From contig JBHHVL010000001.1 of the NCBI GenBank assembly GCA_046754245.1, positions 48,577-112,576 of the forward strand: a stretch of 64,000 nt of DNA. The letters run 5' to 3'. This stretch comes from Candidatus Binatia bacterium. GTDB lineage: Bacteria; Desulfobacterota; Binatia; UBA1149. Positions 39,095-48,507 of this stretch are shown here, one piece after another; the first letter of the stretch is position 1; each line of letters starts with the position of its first letter. A model generated the notes under the pieces. That model had not been told where the DNA came from. It made no database searches and worked only from the letters and a program-made list of their open reading frames with translations. Made by a program: the position numbers and the translations under genes.

Positions 39095-39583
39095 TCAGTG
39101 CCCAAAAATAGTCTTCAGCTCTTCCATGATGTTCTCCTCGGAGTTGGCCTTGGCTATCGCCAGCTCCTTGACGAGAAGATTTCTGGCCGTATCAAGCATC
39201 TTGCGTTCGCCAAACGAGAGTTCCTTGTCCCCCTTCAGCATGAACAGATCGCGAAGGACCGACGCGATCTCTAGCACCGAACCCGTCTTGATCTTCTCGG
39301 TGTACTCTCGGTAGCGGCGATTCCAGGTGGCCTGGTCAACCTCCACCCTCTTCTCGCGCAATACCTTGTACACCTTGGTGACCATTTCCTTATTGATCAC
39401 TCGACGGAGCCCAACGCCTTGGGCCTTGCCGGTCGGAACCATAATTTTCATGTCAGAATCGAGGATGCGCAGACTGTAGAACTCGTGCTCCGCCCCCGAC
39501 ACCCGCCGGGATTCCACATCTTCAACAACCGCGACACCGTGAGCTGGATAAACGACCTTTTCGCCTACTCTAAACGCTTTCAA
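39095..39583 (-). CDS. carD: CarD/CdnL family transcriptional regulator
   Basis: FRVGEKVVYPAHGV, GLRRVI, WNRRYREY, LSFGERKML. Confidence 0.94.
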   Translation of the reverse strand: MKAFRVGEKVVYPAHGVAVVEDVESRRVSGAEHEFYSLRILDSDMKIMVPTGKAQGVGLRRVINKEMVTKVYKVLREKRVEVDQATWNRRYREYTEKIKTGSVLEIASVLRDLFMLKGDKELSFGERKMLDTARNLLVKELAIAKANSEENIMEELKTIFGH

Positions 39584-39622
39584 GGAGACCTCCTTAATAC
39601 CGGCAGGACAACACAGCCGCTA

Positions 39623-39652
39623 AACATAGCACGCAATACGGTCCTAGGTCAA
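39623..39652 (-). promoter_or_regulatory. Sigma70-type promoter for carD
   Basis: TTGACC, 18-nt spacer ending TGc, TATGTT. Confidence 0.55.
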
Positions 39653-39729
39653 AGAAAACCTCTTCTTCTCCGCCGACGCCTGGCCAGCGTGCAGACGGTA
39701 CTTCGCCGCTGCGCACCCCGGCCGGGCTT

Positions 39730-40746
39730 CTACCAGCGGAAAAGCGTAGCGCCCCAGGTGAACCCGGAACCGAAGGCTGCCATACACACAACGTCACCGT
39801 CAACGATACGCCCGGCTTCGAGGGTTTCACCGAGAAGGATTGGAATCGTAGCAGCCGTGGTGTTGCCATACTTCTCGATGTTGTTGACCATGCGATCCTC
39901 GCCGATATTGAGACCCATCGCTACGAGCTGGTTGATACGCAGGTTCGCCTGGTGCGGCACCAACATGTCAATCGCTTCGGGGCCCATGCCCTGATCGTCA
40001 AGGACCTCTTTGATGACCTCCGTCAGTCTCACGACGGCGTGCTTGAAGACGTACCTGCCGTCCATGCGAGGAAAAACGAAATCCGATTCGGGTGCCATCA
40101 AGGCCTCGCTTACCCGTGGACTGCGCCGGTGGCCGGGTCCCTCGACGCATAGCTTGTCGGCAAACCGTCCCTCGGCGTGCAGCCTGAAACCAAGCAGGCC
40201 TCTACAGGCGTCTTCGCTCGGGCCCAGCACCACCGCGCCGGCACCGTCTCCGAACAAAACCGTCACGTCACGCCCACGAGTGGAAAACTCCGTACCGGTC
40301 GAGTGCACCTCACTGCCTACGAGTAGTACGTACCGCGCTCCTCCAGTCCGAATATACTGATCGGCTACGGCGATTCCGTAGATGAAACCGGAGCACTGGT
40401 TACGAAGGTCGAAAGCCGGTATTCCCGCCAGCCCCAAGCGCTCCTGCAGAAGCGCCGAGTTACCCGGAAAATCGATGTCTGGACTGAGCGTACAGCAAAC
40501 GATCAGGTCCAGATCGGAGGGCGACAGCCCGGCGCCTTCCAGGGCTTGTCGTGCCGCAGCTTCGGCCAGCGGGACGCTGCCTTCCGAGTCGACAACGAAA
40601 CGACGCCGTTTGATGCCCGTGCGTTTTTCTATCCACTCGTCGCTGGTGTCCATGACTTGGGCCAGCTCATCGTTGGTCACCACCCTAGGGGGTAACCGAT
40701 AACCACAGCCCAGGATCCTGCTGGTGGGGAAGCTCGCTCTAGCCAT
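39730..40746 (-). CDS. fabH: 3-oxoacyl-ACP synthase III (complete Cys-His-Asn triad)
   Basis: DTSDEWIEKRTGI, NQCSGF, FGDGAGA, VPHQAN, YGNT, FGSGFTWG; start moved to ATG 40746. Confidence 0.92.
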   Translation of the reverse strand: MARASFPTSRILGCGYRLPPRVVTNDELAQVMDTSDEWIEKRTGIKRRRFVVDSEGSVPLAEAAARQALEGAGLSPSDLDLIVCCTLSPDIDFPGNSALLQERLGLAGIPAFDLRNQCSGFIYGIAVADQYIRTGGARYVLLVGSEVHSTGTEFSTRGRDVTVLFGDGAGAVVLGPSEDACRGLLGFRLHAEGRFADKLCVEGPGHRRSPRVSEALMAPESDFVFPRMDGRYVFKHAVVRLTEVIKEVLDDQGMGPEAIDMLVPHQANLRINQLVAMGLNIGEDRMVNNIEKYGNTTAATIPILLGETLEAGRIVDGDVVCMAAFGSGFTWGATLFRW

Positions 40747-41758
40747 CGGCTCCCCCCACGCGCACGACGGCGCATCCCCAGGACGCCCCACTCCCCGCAG
40801 TCAACAGCGCGACGGTATCGCCAGCGAGCACTTCACCAGACTCCCGTGCCATCCCTAGTCCGATGGGCAGGGTCGCACTTGCGGTGTAGAGCACCGGGGG
40901 AAAGAGCACGCGTCTCGCCACCGGCGTTAGCGACTCACCTACCGCCGCGGCTACACGTGGGTCAAGATGCGCCAAGATCGCGGTGTCGACTCGATCGAGG
41001 CCCGCTTGTGCGAGCGCGTCATCAAGAACGCGAGGGAGATGCTCCGCGGCGATCCGCGCGAGTTCGTCGAAATCTACTCGCGGATAGTGAGCGCCGGTCT
41101 CGATCTTCTCGAGCGAAATCCGTCCACGGCGAACGCCTCCGGATTCATCCAAGTAACGGCTGGCCGGAAACTCGCACCAGTACGCCGCGTGGCGTGATCC
41201 GTCGTTCCCCAGCGAGCACGAGAGTAACTCTAGCCCGCCGTCGGCCAGCTCGACCACCGCCACCGCCGCGCCGTCTCCCATCAAACAGGCGAGTTCGATA
41301 TCGCGACCGTCGAAGCGGTTCTGGTGAGAACTCGCCTCGCCAGCCACGACCAGTACCCTCTCGAAGGCGCCGGTAGTCACGAAGCGCCGCGCAACGTCGA
41401 GCGCAGTAACAAAACCCGTACATCCCGAACGCAGGTCAAGACACGCGACCGTTCCGCACCCGAGCATCTCTTGCAAAATACAGGCCGATCCGGGGAAGTA
41501 TAGGTCGGCGCTGTTAGTAGCAAAGAGGATGAAATCTATGTCCTCTGGTCCCAGCCCCGCGTGGTCGAACATGGTTCGCGCGGCGCGCGCGGCCAGATCT
41601 GCCGGACCTTCTCCATCTGGCGCGTGATAGCGCCCCCTGCCAAGGGATAGCGCCGCAACGCTCTCCTCATCGCAGCTCAGCCTCTCTGCCAACACGGCGT
41701 CGCAAACCAGCTGATCCGGCAACTGGTAACTCAGATAGCTGAGCCTTACCGAATTCAC
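40739..41758 (-). CDS. Divergent FabH-like ketoacyl synthase (catalytic Asn motif lost)
   Basis: RSGCTGF, MGDGAAV, LAHLD, VLYTASAT in place of YGNT, AGSGASWG. Confidence 0.8.
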   Translation of the reverse strand: MNSVRLSYLSYQLPDQLVCDAVLAERLSCDEESVAALSLGRGRYHAPDGEGPADLAARAARTMFDHAGLGPEDIDFILFATNSADLYFPGSACILQEMLGCGTVACLDLRSGCTGFVTALDVARRFVTTGAFERVLVVAGEASSHQNRFDGRDIELACLMGDGAAVAVVELADGGLELLSCSLGNDGSRHAAYWCEFPASRYLDESGGVRRGRISLEKIETGAHYPRVDFDELARIAAEHLPRVLDDALAQAGLDRVDTAILAHLDPRVAAAVGESLTPVARRVLFPPVLYTASATLPIGLGMARESGEVLAGDTVALLTAGSGASWGCAVVRVGGADG

Positions 41759-41768
41759 GCCAATCCGT

Positions 41769-43187
41769 CTATCCCGACGGCCGCTTGACCACCGCGATTT
41801 CCAGCACCTTGTCCGAATAGCGATGGCGGAATCCCGCGACGGGGTTTGCTAACGTTATGGTCGTCGAAAAATCGGGGGGAAAGGCCGACGAAACCGCGCT
41901 GACCGCCCTCAGGTTCCGGTCAACCGTACTCGCTCGAACCAGCATCTCGCTGCCATTTACGCTCAGATCAACGTCGTAGTCCGGCATTTCCTGACCTATC
42001 CCCATTTCGTCCCTCGCAGAAGACTGCGGGACCCGGCGCGGCAACTCGAAACGTATGTAGTACCCGCCGGCCCGTTCCTCCACTTCGTACACCTCCCCGT
42101 AACGGCGTTCCCGCTCCCGCTTGGCTTCGAACTCACCGCCGTGAAAACCCTCGACAGGCACTCGACCGCTCCGCTGGCGTTCCCCCATTCTCTTGAGCAG
42201 TGGAGCCATGATAAGCGACAAGGGCGCTCCGTAGACGCTGGCCCCCAGCTTCATGTCACTGACAGGAACACCGCGCAGGCCCTGCCTAAACCTCACCAGC
42301 GTCTCGAACAGCGCCAGTCCTATCCCCGCGACGATCCAGTTCCGGTCTCCCTCTGTAAAGGGCTGGAGTCCACTCGCGAAACCGACGGCCACAGCGATCG
42401 CCGGATAGAGAAGAAAGTTCAAGAAGACGTTGAGCGCCGTCGACGACTGTACCGAGAAGAACCGCGTGTCACCGAGTGCTCGCTCAATCGCCAGCTTCGC
42501 TTCGTGGCGCATCGCTCCAACCAGCGGGGCCAACAAGAATAGTCCCAGTCCTCTGAGCGAGGAGCGCGACCCGGCGACCGGTTCGTTGATCACATCCATC
42601 ACTTCGGAAAACGAAAGTCCGAGTTCCCCCTTGAACGCCCTGCTCGGATCGCCACCGTCAAGAGTCTTCGTTCCGGGGGCTGGTCGCAGTGCCTTTTCCA
42701 CCCTGGGAGCCGGCGCCATTCCCGTCTCTGTTCCGGCCATTGACGACGCGCCGCCGTCCCCGGAGGCAGACCGCAGTCCGGATTCGCCCGACACGGCCGT
42801 TGCCCCGAGCGCTTCTGTCGCAGGCGCGGCGGGTGCGGCCTCTGTTCCCCCGCCCCCCTGCCTGAAACGCGAGGGAAACTCCTCACCAAAATCATTCTCT
42901 GGATGCAACTGCCGAGCTCTCTGCAGCAGGGCTTCCTCGGTCTCCGGCCTGTCCGGGTCCGGAACACAGCAGTCGACCGGACAGACCACCGCGCAGGCTT
43001 CCTCGTCAAAGAAGCCGACGCACTCGGTGCACTTGTCCGGAACAATAAAAAAGAAGTCGTTGGAAAGCGCCTGCCGCCGATTGCCGTCGTGTTCGTAATC
43101 CACCCCGCCTTGGTAGATGGCGTCGTTCGGGCACTCTGGCTCGCAGGCCCCGCAATTGATGCAGTCCTCAGTGATTACAGTGGCCAT
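41769..43187 (-). CDS. Fusion protein: 2[4Fe-4S] YfhL-type ferredoxin + linker + membrane domain + Hsp20/alpha-crystallin-like domain
   Basis: CINCGACEPECP and CTECVG...CAVVCPVDCC; Ala/Gly/Pro linker; 3-4 hydrophobic segments; C-terminal pattern YEVEE..YYIRFELP...F...I.L..PV....YSDKVLEI.V.K. SD GGAGG. Confidence 0.8.
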   Translation of the reverse strand: MATVITEDCINCGACEPECPNDAIYQGGVDYEHDGNRRQALSNDFFFIVPDKCTECVGFFDEEACAVVCPVDCCVPDPDRPETEEALLQRARQLHPENDFGEEFPSRFRQGGGGTEAAPAAPATEALGATAVSGESGLRSASGDGGASSMAGTETGMAPAPRVEKALRPAPGTKTLDGGDPSRAFKGELGLSFSEVMDVINEPVAGSRSSLRGLGLFLLAPLVGAMRHEAKLAIERALGDTRFFSVQSSTALNVFLNFLLYPAIAVAVGFASGLQPFTEGDRNWIVAGIGLALFETLVRFRQGLRGVPVSDMKLGASVYGAPLSLIMAPLLKRMGERQRSGRVPVEGFHGGEFEAKRERERRYGEVYEVEERAGGYYIRFELPRRVPQSSARDEMGIGQEMPDYDVDLSVNGSEMLVRASTVDRNLRAVSAVSSAFPPDFSTTITLANPVAGFRHRYSDKVLEIAVVKRPSG

Positions 43188-43320
43188 CTGGCCGCGGTCC
43201 TCCGTTATCTGCGGTAGTTGACTACGTTCGCAAGGCAGCCCGGGAGGGGCGCCAACGCACTGAGCCTAGCGCGTTTTTCGAACGAATTCCAGCACTAGCC
43301 CCTTCAAGCGCGAGGTCCGG

Positions 43321-45768
43321 CTAGCGGCGTTCCAGCGGGCGTTCCAGGATCAACGTGTGGTTGGCTTCCTCTAACTCGAAGCCGATCTCTACGTCCTCCA
43401 ACACCGAATCCACCCTGGACTTGAACTCTTCCGTAACGCTACGCGCCTCTTCGCGATCCCGCACCACGTAGGGCGTGATGAGAATTATCAACTCCGTTCG
43501 CTCCACCCGATCCGAATCCGAACCAAAGAGTTGGCCGAGCACGGGGAGGTCCTTAAGAAAGGGAACGCCGCTGTTTGCGCTGGTATGGGTTTCATCGATG
43601 ATGCCTGAAATCACGATGGTTTCGCCGGACTGAACCACCACCGTAGTATCCGATTCGCGCGTAGTGAACGTGGGCGAGCTGATGTTCCCGGTTGTAGGGC
43701 TCGCAATCTTGCTCACTTCCTGAGTAACCTTCATGTTCACCAGGCCCTGTGAGTTGACCTGGGGCGTCACCCGCACGATGATCCCGGTGTCGCGATACTG
43801 CACCTCCTGCCTGAAGTTCGTGCTCCCGCTAGTGGTAACGTTGGTATCCGCTTGACTGGTAATGATAGGAACTTCGGAACCGACCAGTATACTCGCCTCC
43901 TGATTGTCGGCCGTCATGACGTGGGGCCGCGACAGCACCTTGACCCTGTTCTGCTTAGCCAGCGCGGTCAGTATACCCCGGTAGACCTCGGCCCCGTTGC
44001 GAAACTTCGTAAAGACACCCACCAGGCCGCCCGTCACCGGATCCGGGGCACCTCCCGTGAGGCGCACGGCCTCGCCGAAGAGGTCCATGAAGGTTCCGCC
44101 CGGATCGCCCGAGGTGGAACTCGTGCTGTCCGTGTTGCTGCTCGAGCCGCTCGCGATCAGTTCCTGTGTAATACCGAAATTCAAATCATCGCTCAGGCTA
44201 ATCTCCGCGATAAGAACTTCAACCAGCACCTGACGTGGCACAACGTCGAGATCCCTGAGAACTGTTTCTATGGTTTCATAGTCCCTGGGGGTCGCGACGA
44301 TGACCAAGGAATTCGTTACTTCGTCTGCTACTATGCGCACTTCTTGCTCGAAGAGCGCCCCCGGACGCCCCAGCCCGGTGGCCCTGCCACCGCGCCTTCC
44401 AGCGACCGTACCCACACGACCCGCCTGCTGCGCCGCACCGCCAGCCGTGCGCCCGCCACGCTGCGCCGCGCCCCTTGCACCCGCGCCGCGGCCGGCATCA
44501 GCACCCCGCCCCGCCCTTGACGCCAGCCCGCCGCCGAGCCCAACACCAGATTCCGCGAGTTCACCGGACCGCGCTCGCCGCCGTCCACCCTCACCCCCCT
44601 CGTCGCCGAATATTTCGTTCAAGATGTCGGCGAGGTCGACCGCCTTGGTGTTTTCTACTTGATAAACCCGTACCTGACGTACGGCACCGCCATCGCTGGG
44701 TACGTCGAGAATCCCCAACCAGTGTTCGACGTTGACGAAGACCGAATGGTCGAAGGCAATCACCGCGAGAGAATTCAGGCGCGCCAGCGGGATGATGTAC
44801 AAGCCGGCGCCACTGCTGGAGACCTGGTAACTCTCCAGAACCGCCCAGAGTTCGTCGGCGATCTCCTCCAGGGACCCGTTTTCTACGCGGTAGATCCTGG
44901 CACTGAGATCGCCGAAGGCGTCGGTGTCGAAGGTTTCGACCAATTCGGTAAGCCGTCTCGCGTGAGCCGCCAGCTCCGTGATGATCAAGAGGTTGCTTCG
45001 GGGGTAGGCGATGACGTCACCACCCGGGGAAACGAAGGGCTCAAGAACGGTCGCGATTTCCTGTGCGTTCACGTGATGGACCTTTACCAGTGCCATCACG
45101 ACGCCCCCCTCTTTGCCTCGCTCACCAGCCAGCGAATCACGGAAGTCGACTCGGGTCTTGCCCTCTTCCGACGGCACGATCGAATAGACGTCCCCCTCCC
45201 TGATCGCTACGAAGCCATTGTTCCTGAGTATCTGGTGGAAAACCGGGAACAGATCGTCCCGCGAGATGCGTCCGGTGGTCCTCACCGTGACCTGGCCTTG
45301 AACGCGGGGATCTATCCAGTAGTTGAGCCTCAGCGAACTGGCTAGGGTGAAGATCACCTCGCGAATATCGGCGCCCTCGAAGTTGAGTACCACCGATTCC
45401 TGGCTCTCGTCGTCGAGTTCGTCAAACTCTGCGGTAGACACCACGACGGGCGCCGGGCCAGGATCGGCTTCTACCGGCGCCGCGTTTGCAGCTTCCATCT
45501 CCCGCTGAGCTTGGCGCCCCGCGTCTACCGCCTCTCGCATGACCCTTTGCTGCCGCTCGCGGTCACGAAGAAGGAACTCTCCGAGCTTCTGTCCGTCGAC
45601 CTGGGCAAGTTCCAGGTCCCAGTTCGGGGCTCGGCGGACCGGGTTATCGGCTAACGAAGCAGTCGGAAAGCTGAGGGCAAGACCGCAAAGCGAAAAAACG
45701 AGGCCCCCCACCGAAGCGAAGGCAGTGCCGCGGAAACGGCGATCCTTTGATCTTGAGCAACCGTGCAT
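43321..45768 (-). CDS. gspD: Type II secretion system secretin
   Basis: LNFEGADIREVI, N domains, LDVVPRQVLVEVLIAE, ADNQEASILVG, GVPFLKDLPVLGQLF, LIILITP. Confidence 0.93.
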   Translation of the reverse strand: MHGCSRSKDRRFRGTAFASVGGLVFSLCGLALSFPTASLADNPVRRAPNWDLELAQVDGQKLGEFLLRDRERQQRVMREAVDAGRQAQREMEAANAAPVEADPGPAPVVVSTAEFDELDDESQESVVLNFEGADIREVIFTLASSLRLNYWIDPRVQGQVTVRTTGRISRDDLFPVFHQILRNNGFVAIREGDVYSIVPSEEGKTRVDFRDSLAGERGKEGGVVMALVKVHHVNAQEIATVLEPFVSPGGDVIAYPRSNLLIITELAAHARRLTELVETFDTDAFGDLSARIYRVENGSLEEIADELWAVLESYQVSSSGAGLYIIPLARLNSLAVIAFDHSVFVNVEHWLGILDVPSDGGAVRQVRVYQVENTKAVDLADILNEIFGDEGGEGGRRRARSGELAESGVGLGGGLASRAGRGADAGRGAGARGAAQRGGRTAGGAAQQAGRVGTVAGRRGGRATGLGRPGALFEQEVRIVADEVTNSLVIVATPRDYETIETVLRDLDVVPRQVLVEVLIAEISLSDDLNFGITQELIASGSSSNTDSTSSTSGDPGGTFMDLFGEAVRLTGGAPDPVTGGLVGVFTKFRNGAEVYRGILTALAKQNRVKVLSRPHVMTADNQEASILVGSEVPIITSQADTNVTTSGSTNFRQEVQYRDTGIIVRVTPQVNSQGLVNMKVTQEVSKIASPTTGNISSPTFTTRESDTTVVVQSGETIVISGIIDETHTSANSGVPFLKDLPVLGQLFGSDSDRVERTELIILITPYVVRDREEARSVTEEFKSRVDSVLEDVEIGFELEEANHTLILERPLERR

Positions 45769-45776
45769 AGGAAAAG

Positions 45777-46523
45777 CTACCTGGCCCTCGATGCCGCCTC
45801 GCGGAGCTTCTTCAGCGCTTCGAGCCTGGCCTGCGCTGGTGTAGGAGCCGCGGGATTCTGGGTCGTGTTCGCCGCCGGGCGGCCCCTCGGAATAGTGCGA
45901 GCCGGAGGGTGGACCGCGGAAGCGCCCTGTCTGGGGTTCTTGCCTTGGCCCGGCCGAGCGCCCCGCGCTGTCGCGGCGCGCACCGGTGCGACCGTGGTAC
46001 CCCGCCGCGCGGACGTGGCCGGCCTGGGCGCACCGACCCCTGGTCCCTTCCTCACCTGCAATCCCACCGCGAACTGCTGTCCCCCCGGCCCCAACAACAC
46101 CACGCTGCTGCTACCGACCTCCCCAACCTCATAGGACCCGATCATATCACCCTTGCGCAGCGAAAGCTGGGTATTACCCACCTTGGTATCGCTCATGATC
46201 GCCACAGGCTCACCGTCCACAAACATGATGCCCGTGAGCAACACGTTCGTCGGCGGTGGCAATGGCGCTTCGGTCACTGCCTCCTCCGCCTCCTCCCTGT
46301 AGCCCCGCTCCGTCTCGAAGAGGTTCCCCTCTAGTATAGCCTTAATTATGGGCCCGGTAGAACCCGTCTGCCGAGGGCGTGGCGGCAAGGGCTCCGCCGG
46401 TGAGACCTGCTGTGGCAGGCCGAAAGTCGGTGGCTGTATGCTGAGAACCCTCGCGATTCTCCATCCCAACGCGACCGCCATGAGGAGCAAAAGCAAGGAG
46501 AACATCCTTAACAGCCGTTTCAC
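45777..46523 (-). CDS. GspC-like inner-membrane protein (no PDZ, basic Pro/Arg tail)
   Basis: N-terminal TM, GNLF, LLTGI..., GDMIGSYEV; immediately upstream of gspD. Confidence 0.7.
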   Translation of the reverse strand: MKRLLRMFSLLLLLMAVALGWRIARVLSIQPPTFGLPQQVSPAEPLPPRPRQTGSTGPIIKAILEGNLFETERGYREEAEEAVTEAPLPPPTNVLLTGIMFVDGEPVAIMSDTKVGNTQLSLRKGDMIGSYEVGEVGSSSVVLLGPGGQQFAVGLQVRKGPGVGAPRPATSARRGTTVAPVRAATARGARPGQGKNPRQGASAVHPPARTIPRGRPAANTTQNPAAPTPAQARLEALKKLREAASRAR

Positions 46524-47137
46524 AGGGACTCCTGCATGAAAGTCTTGACCTCCATGGTAGCCGTCAAGGCTGCAATTTTCGACGCCGTCGAGCCTGGGCG
46601 GGTGGGAACCGGGCGTCGGCTAGCGCCGAGTTTGCGGTTGATCTCGAGGAGCGTGACGGCCAGATCGACATTACCGGTCTCGATGGAAGACAACAGCCTC
46701 GCGACTCCGTCGAGGCTACCGCTGAGCGTGAGACGAACACCGATACGCCTGAAATCGTCGACCTCCTCTTCCCGGAGAATCTGGGAACTGAGGACGTTGA
46801 GGCCAGCTTCGCTGGCCATCTCGCTGAGGCGACCCTGAAGTTCCGCTCCCACCTCGGTTGGAGTGATCCCTGGGATCAGCCGCTGCTGAGCCGCCCGGTA
46901 CCTCTCCTGGATACTCTTGGAGCGTTTCTCGGCAGCCTGGGACCTCCCCAGGATGCGGTGGTAGTTCTCGATCTTGCGCAGCTGCACCCACGCCTCGTCA
47001 TCACCAGAACCCGCAAACTTGGGCAGCGATCCTCGAAAGCCCATCCTCAGCGGTACGATGGCCGCGAGGACCACCACCCCGATCGCGAGGTAACGCTCTC
47101 GCGCCGACAGCGCGCCCCATCGTTCCCTGAACGTCAC
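46520..47137 (-). CDS. gspM: Type II secretion protein M
   Basis: WGALSARERYL followed by TM, ferredoxin-like periplasmic pattern; position in the cluster. Confidence 0.8.
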   Translation of the reverse strand: MTFRERWGALSARERYLAIGVVVLAAIVPLRMGFRGSLPKFAGSGDDEAWVQLRKIENYHRILGRSQAAEKRSKSIQERYRAAQQRLIPGITPTEVGAELQGRLSEMASEAGLNVLSSQILREEEVDDFRRIGVRLTLSGSLDGVARLLSSIETGNVDLAVTLLEINRKLGASRRPVPTRPGSTASKIAALTATMEVKTFMQESL

Positions 47138-48507
47138 CGCTCCAACCCCATGCGCAAAGAGAAACGTTCCTGGCGCTGAAGGTACTTCGTCGTCGGTGCC
47201 GTAAACTCGACGTTCTCGAATAGAGGTGATTTCTCGAGTATCGAGATGAGTCCCGAAGCGCTGTCGGCTATGCCGTCCAGTTCTAGCCGGTCACCCTTGA
47301 GCCTGAATGTAGTGAGGTAGGCCGTCCTTGGTATCAGTTTCGTCACCGCCTGCAGGTAGTTCAGGACACTGGGTCCACGGTGTTCTTCGAGGCGTAGCAT
47401 GCGCGCAACAAGCCGGCGGTTCTCCTCCTCCTGTTGAGTAACGGCCGATACCAAGGGCTCCAGTCGTCTCACCTCGGAAGCGATCGCTCCCTGGGTGCTC
47501 ATGTTCTTCGCACCGATAGTCGCGGTAAGAACGACCGCCAATGCTATCACCAGCGCAGCCAGACCTATCTCCCGCAGACCGACCCCGGTCTGGCCGCCCA
47601 CCATTTCATCGGGTACGAGGTTGACACGCACACGGCTCTCTCCGAGTCGGCCCAGCGCCGCCCCGATTGCGACGAGTTCCTGAGCCGAAGGCCGTACGTC
47701 ATCGGAAAGACTCCCCTCGGGCAGAAGTCGCGGCAGCTCCTCCTCTCCTTCGGCGCCCACCCCATCGACAGCCACCAAAGCGACGGCGTCGAGCTGGTCG
47801 GGCAACGAACGTTCGATTTCTTTCCGAAGATCAGCCTCGCGGCTTTCCACCGCGTAGCGGTTCCAGTAATGGCTGGAAACCATCAGTCCCCCAAACGAAA
47901 GGGTCATGCATTCCCGCTCCCCCTCGGTGGTGAAGATCCCGGTAACCCCACTACGATCTGGCTCGCAGAAGTACAGAAGATCGTTGGCGGCCACAGGCTG
48001 TACGGTTACGGCAGCATCGGCAAGACCGGCCTCCGCGAGGCAAGCACGAAGAGCGTCGACCTCGTCACGCCGGGCCGCGACCACGGTAACCGCTACTTTC
48101 TCTCCGTCCTCGCCCACCGGACGATGAAAAGTGTCGAAGTAAATGTCTTCGACCGAAACCGGCATGAGCCGGTCCATCTCGTAGCCGACCACCCTGTCGA
48201 GGTTGGCTACGGCAGCAGCCGGAAGCTGGAAATGCCCGAGCAAGGTATCCTTGCGGGAGACGGCGATGACCACCCTGGGGCCTTCAATGGAATGTTTGTC
48301 AGCAAAGTCCCTGGCGAATCCGGCTATGAGCGCGTCCCTGGATTCCCGCGGGCCAGTCAGAGGTCTACAGTCCACGGCGGCGACGCGAACCGTGTTGAGG
48401 CGTTTTTGCACCAAAGCCATAGACACCGAATCGGCGCACACGTAAACGCCGACGGCATCCGCGAAATCGGCTCGCGCAATCCGCCCCATGAATCCGGGAA
48501 GCTCCAC
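47134..48507 (-). CDS. gspL: Type II secretion protein L (PilM-like + PilN-like domains)
   Basis: Cytoplasmic actin-like region, VNLVP before the TM, PilN-like LELDGIADSA...LEKSPLF. Confidence 0.8.
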   Translation of the reverse strand: MELPGFMGRIARADFADAVGVYVCADSVSMALVQKRLNTVRVAAVDCRPLTGPRESRDALIAGFARDFADKHSIEGPRVVIAVSRKDTLLGHFQLPAAAVANLDRVVGYEMDRLMPVSVEDIYFDTFHRPVGEDGEKVAVTVVAARRDEVDALRACLAEAGLADAAVTVQPVAANDLLYFCEPDRSGVTGIFTTEGERECMTLSFGGLMVSSHYWNRYAVESREADLRKEIERSLPDQLDAVALVAVDGVGAEGEEELPRLLPEGSLSDDVRPSAQELVAIGAALGRLGESRVRVNLVPDEMVGGQTGVGLREIGLAALVIALAVVLTATIGAKNMSTQGAIASEVRRLEPLVSAVTQQEEENRRLVARMLRLEEHRGPSVLNYLQAVTKLIPRTAYLTTFRLKGDRLELDGIADSASGLISILEKSPLFENVEFTAPTTKYLQRQERFSLRMGLER

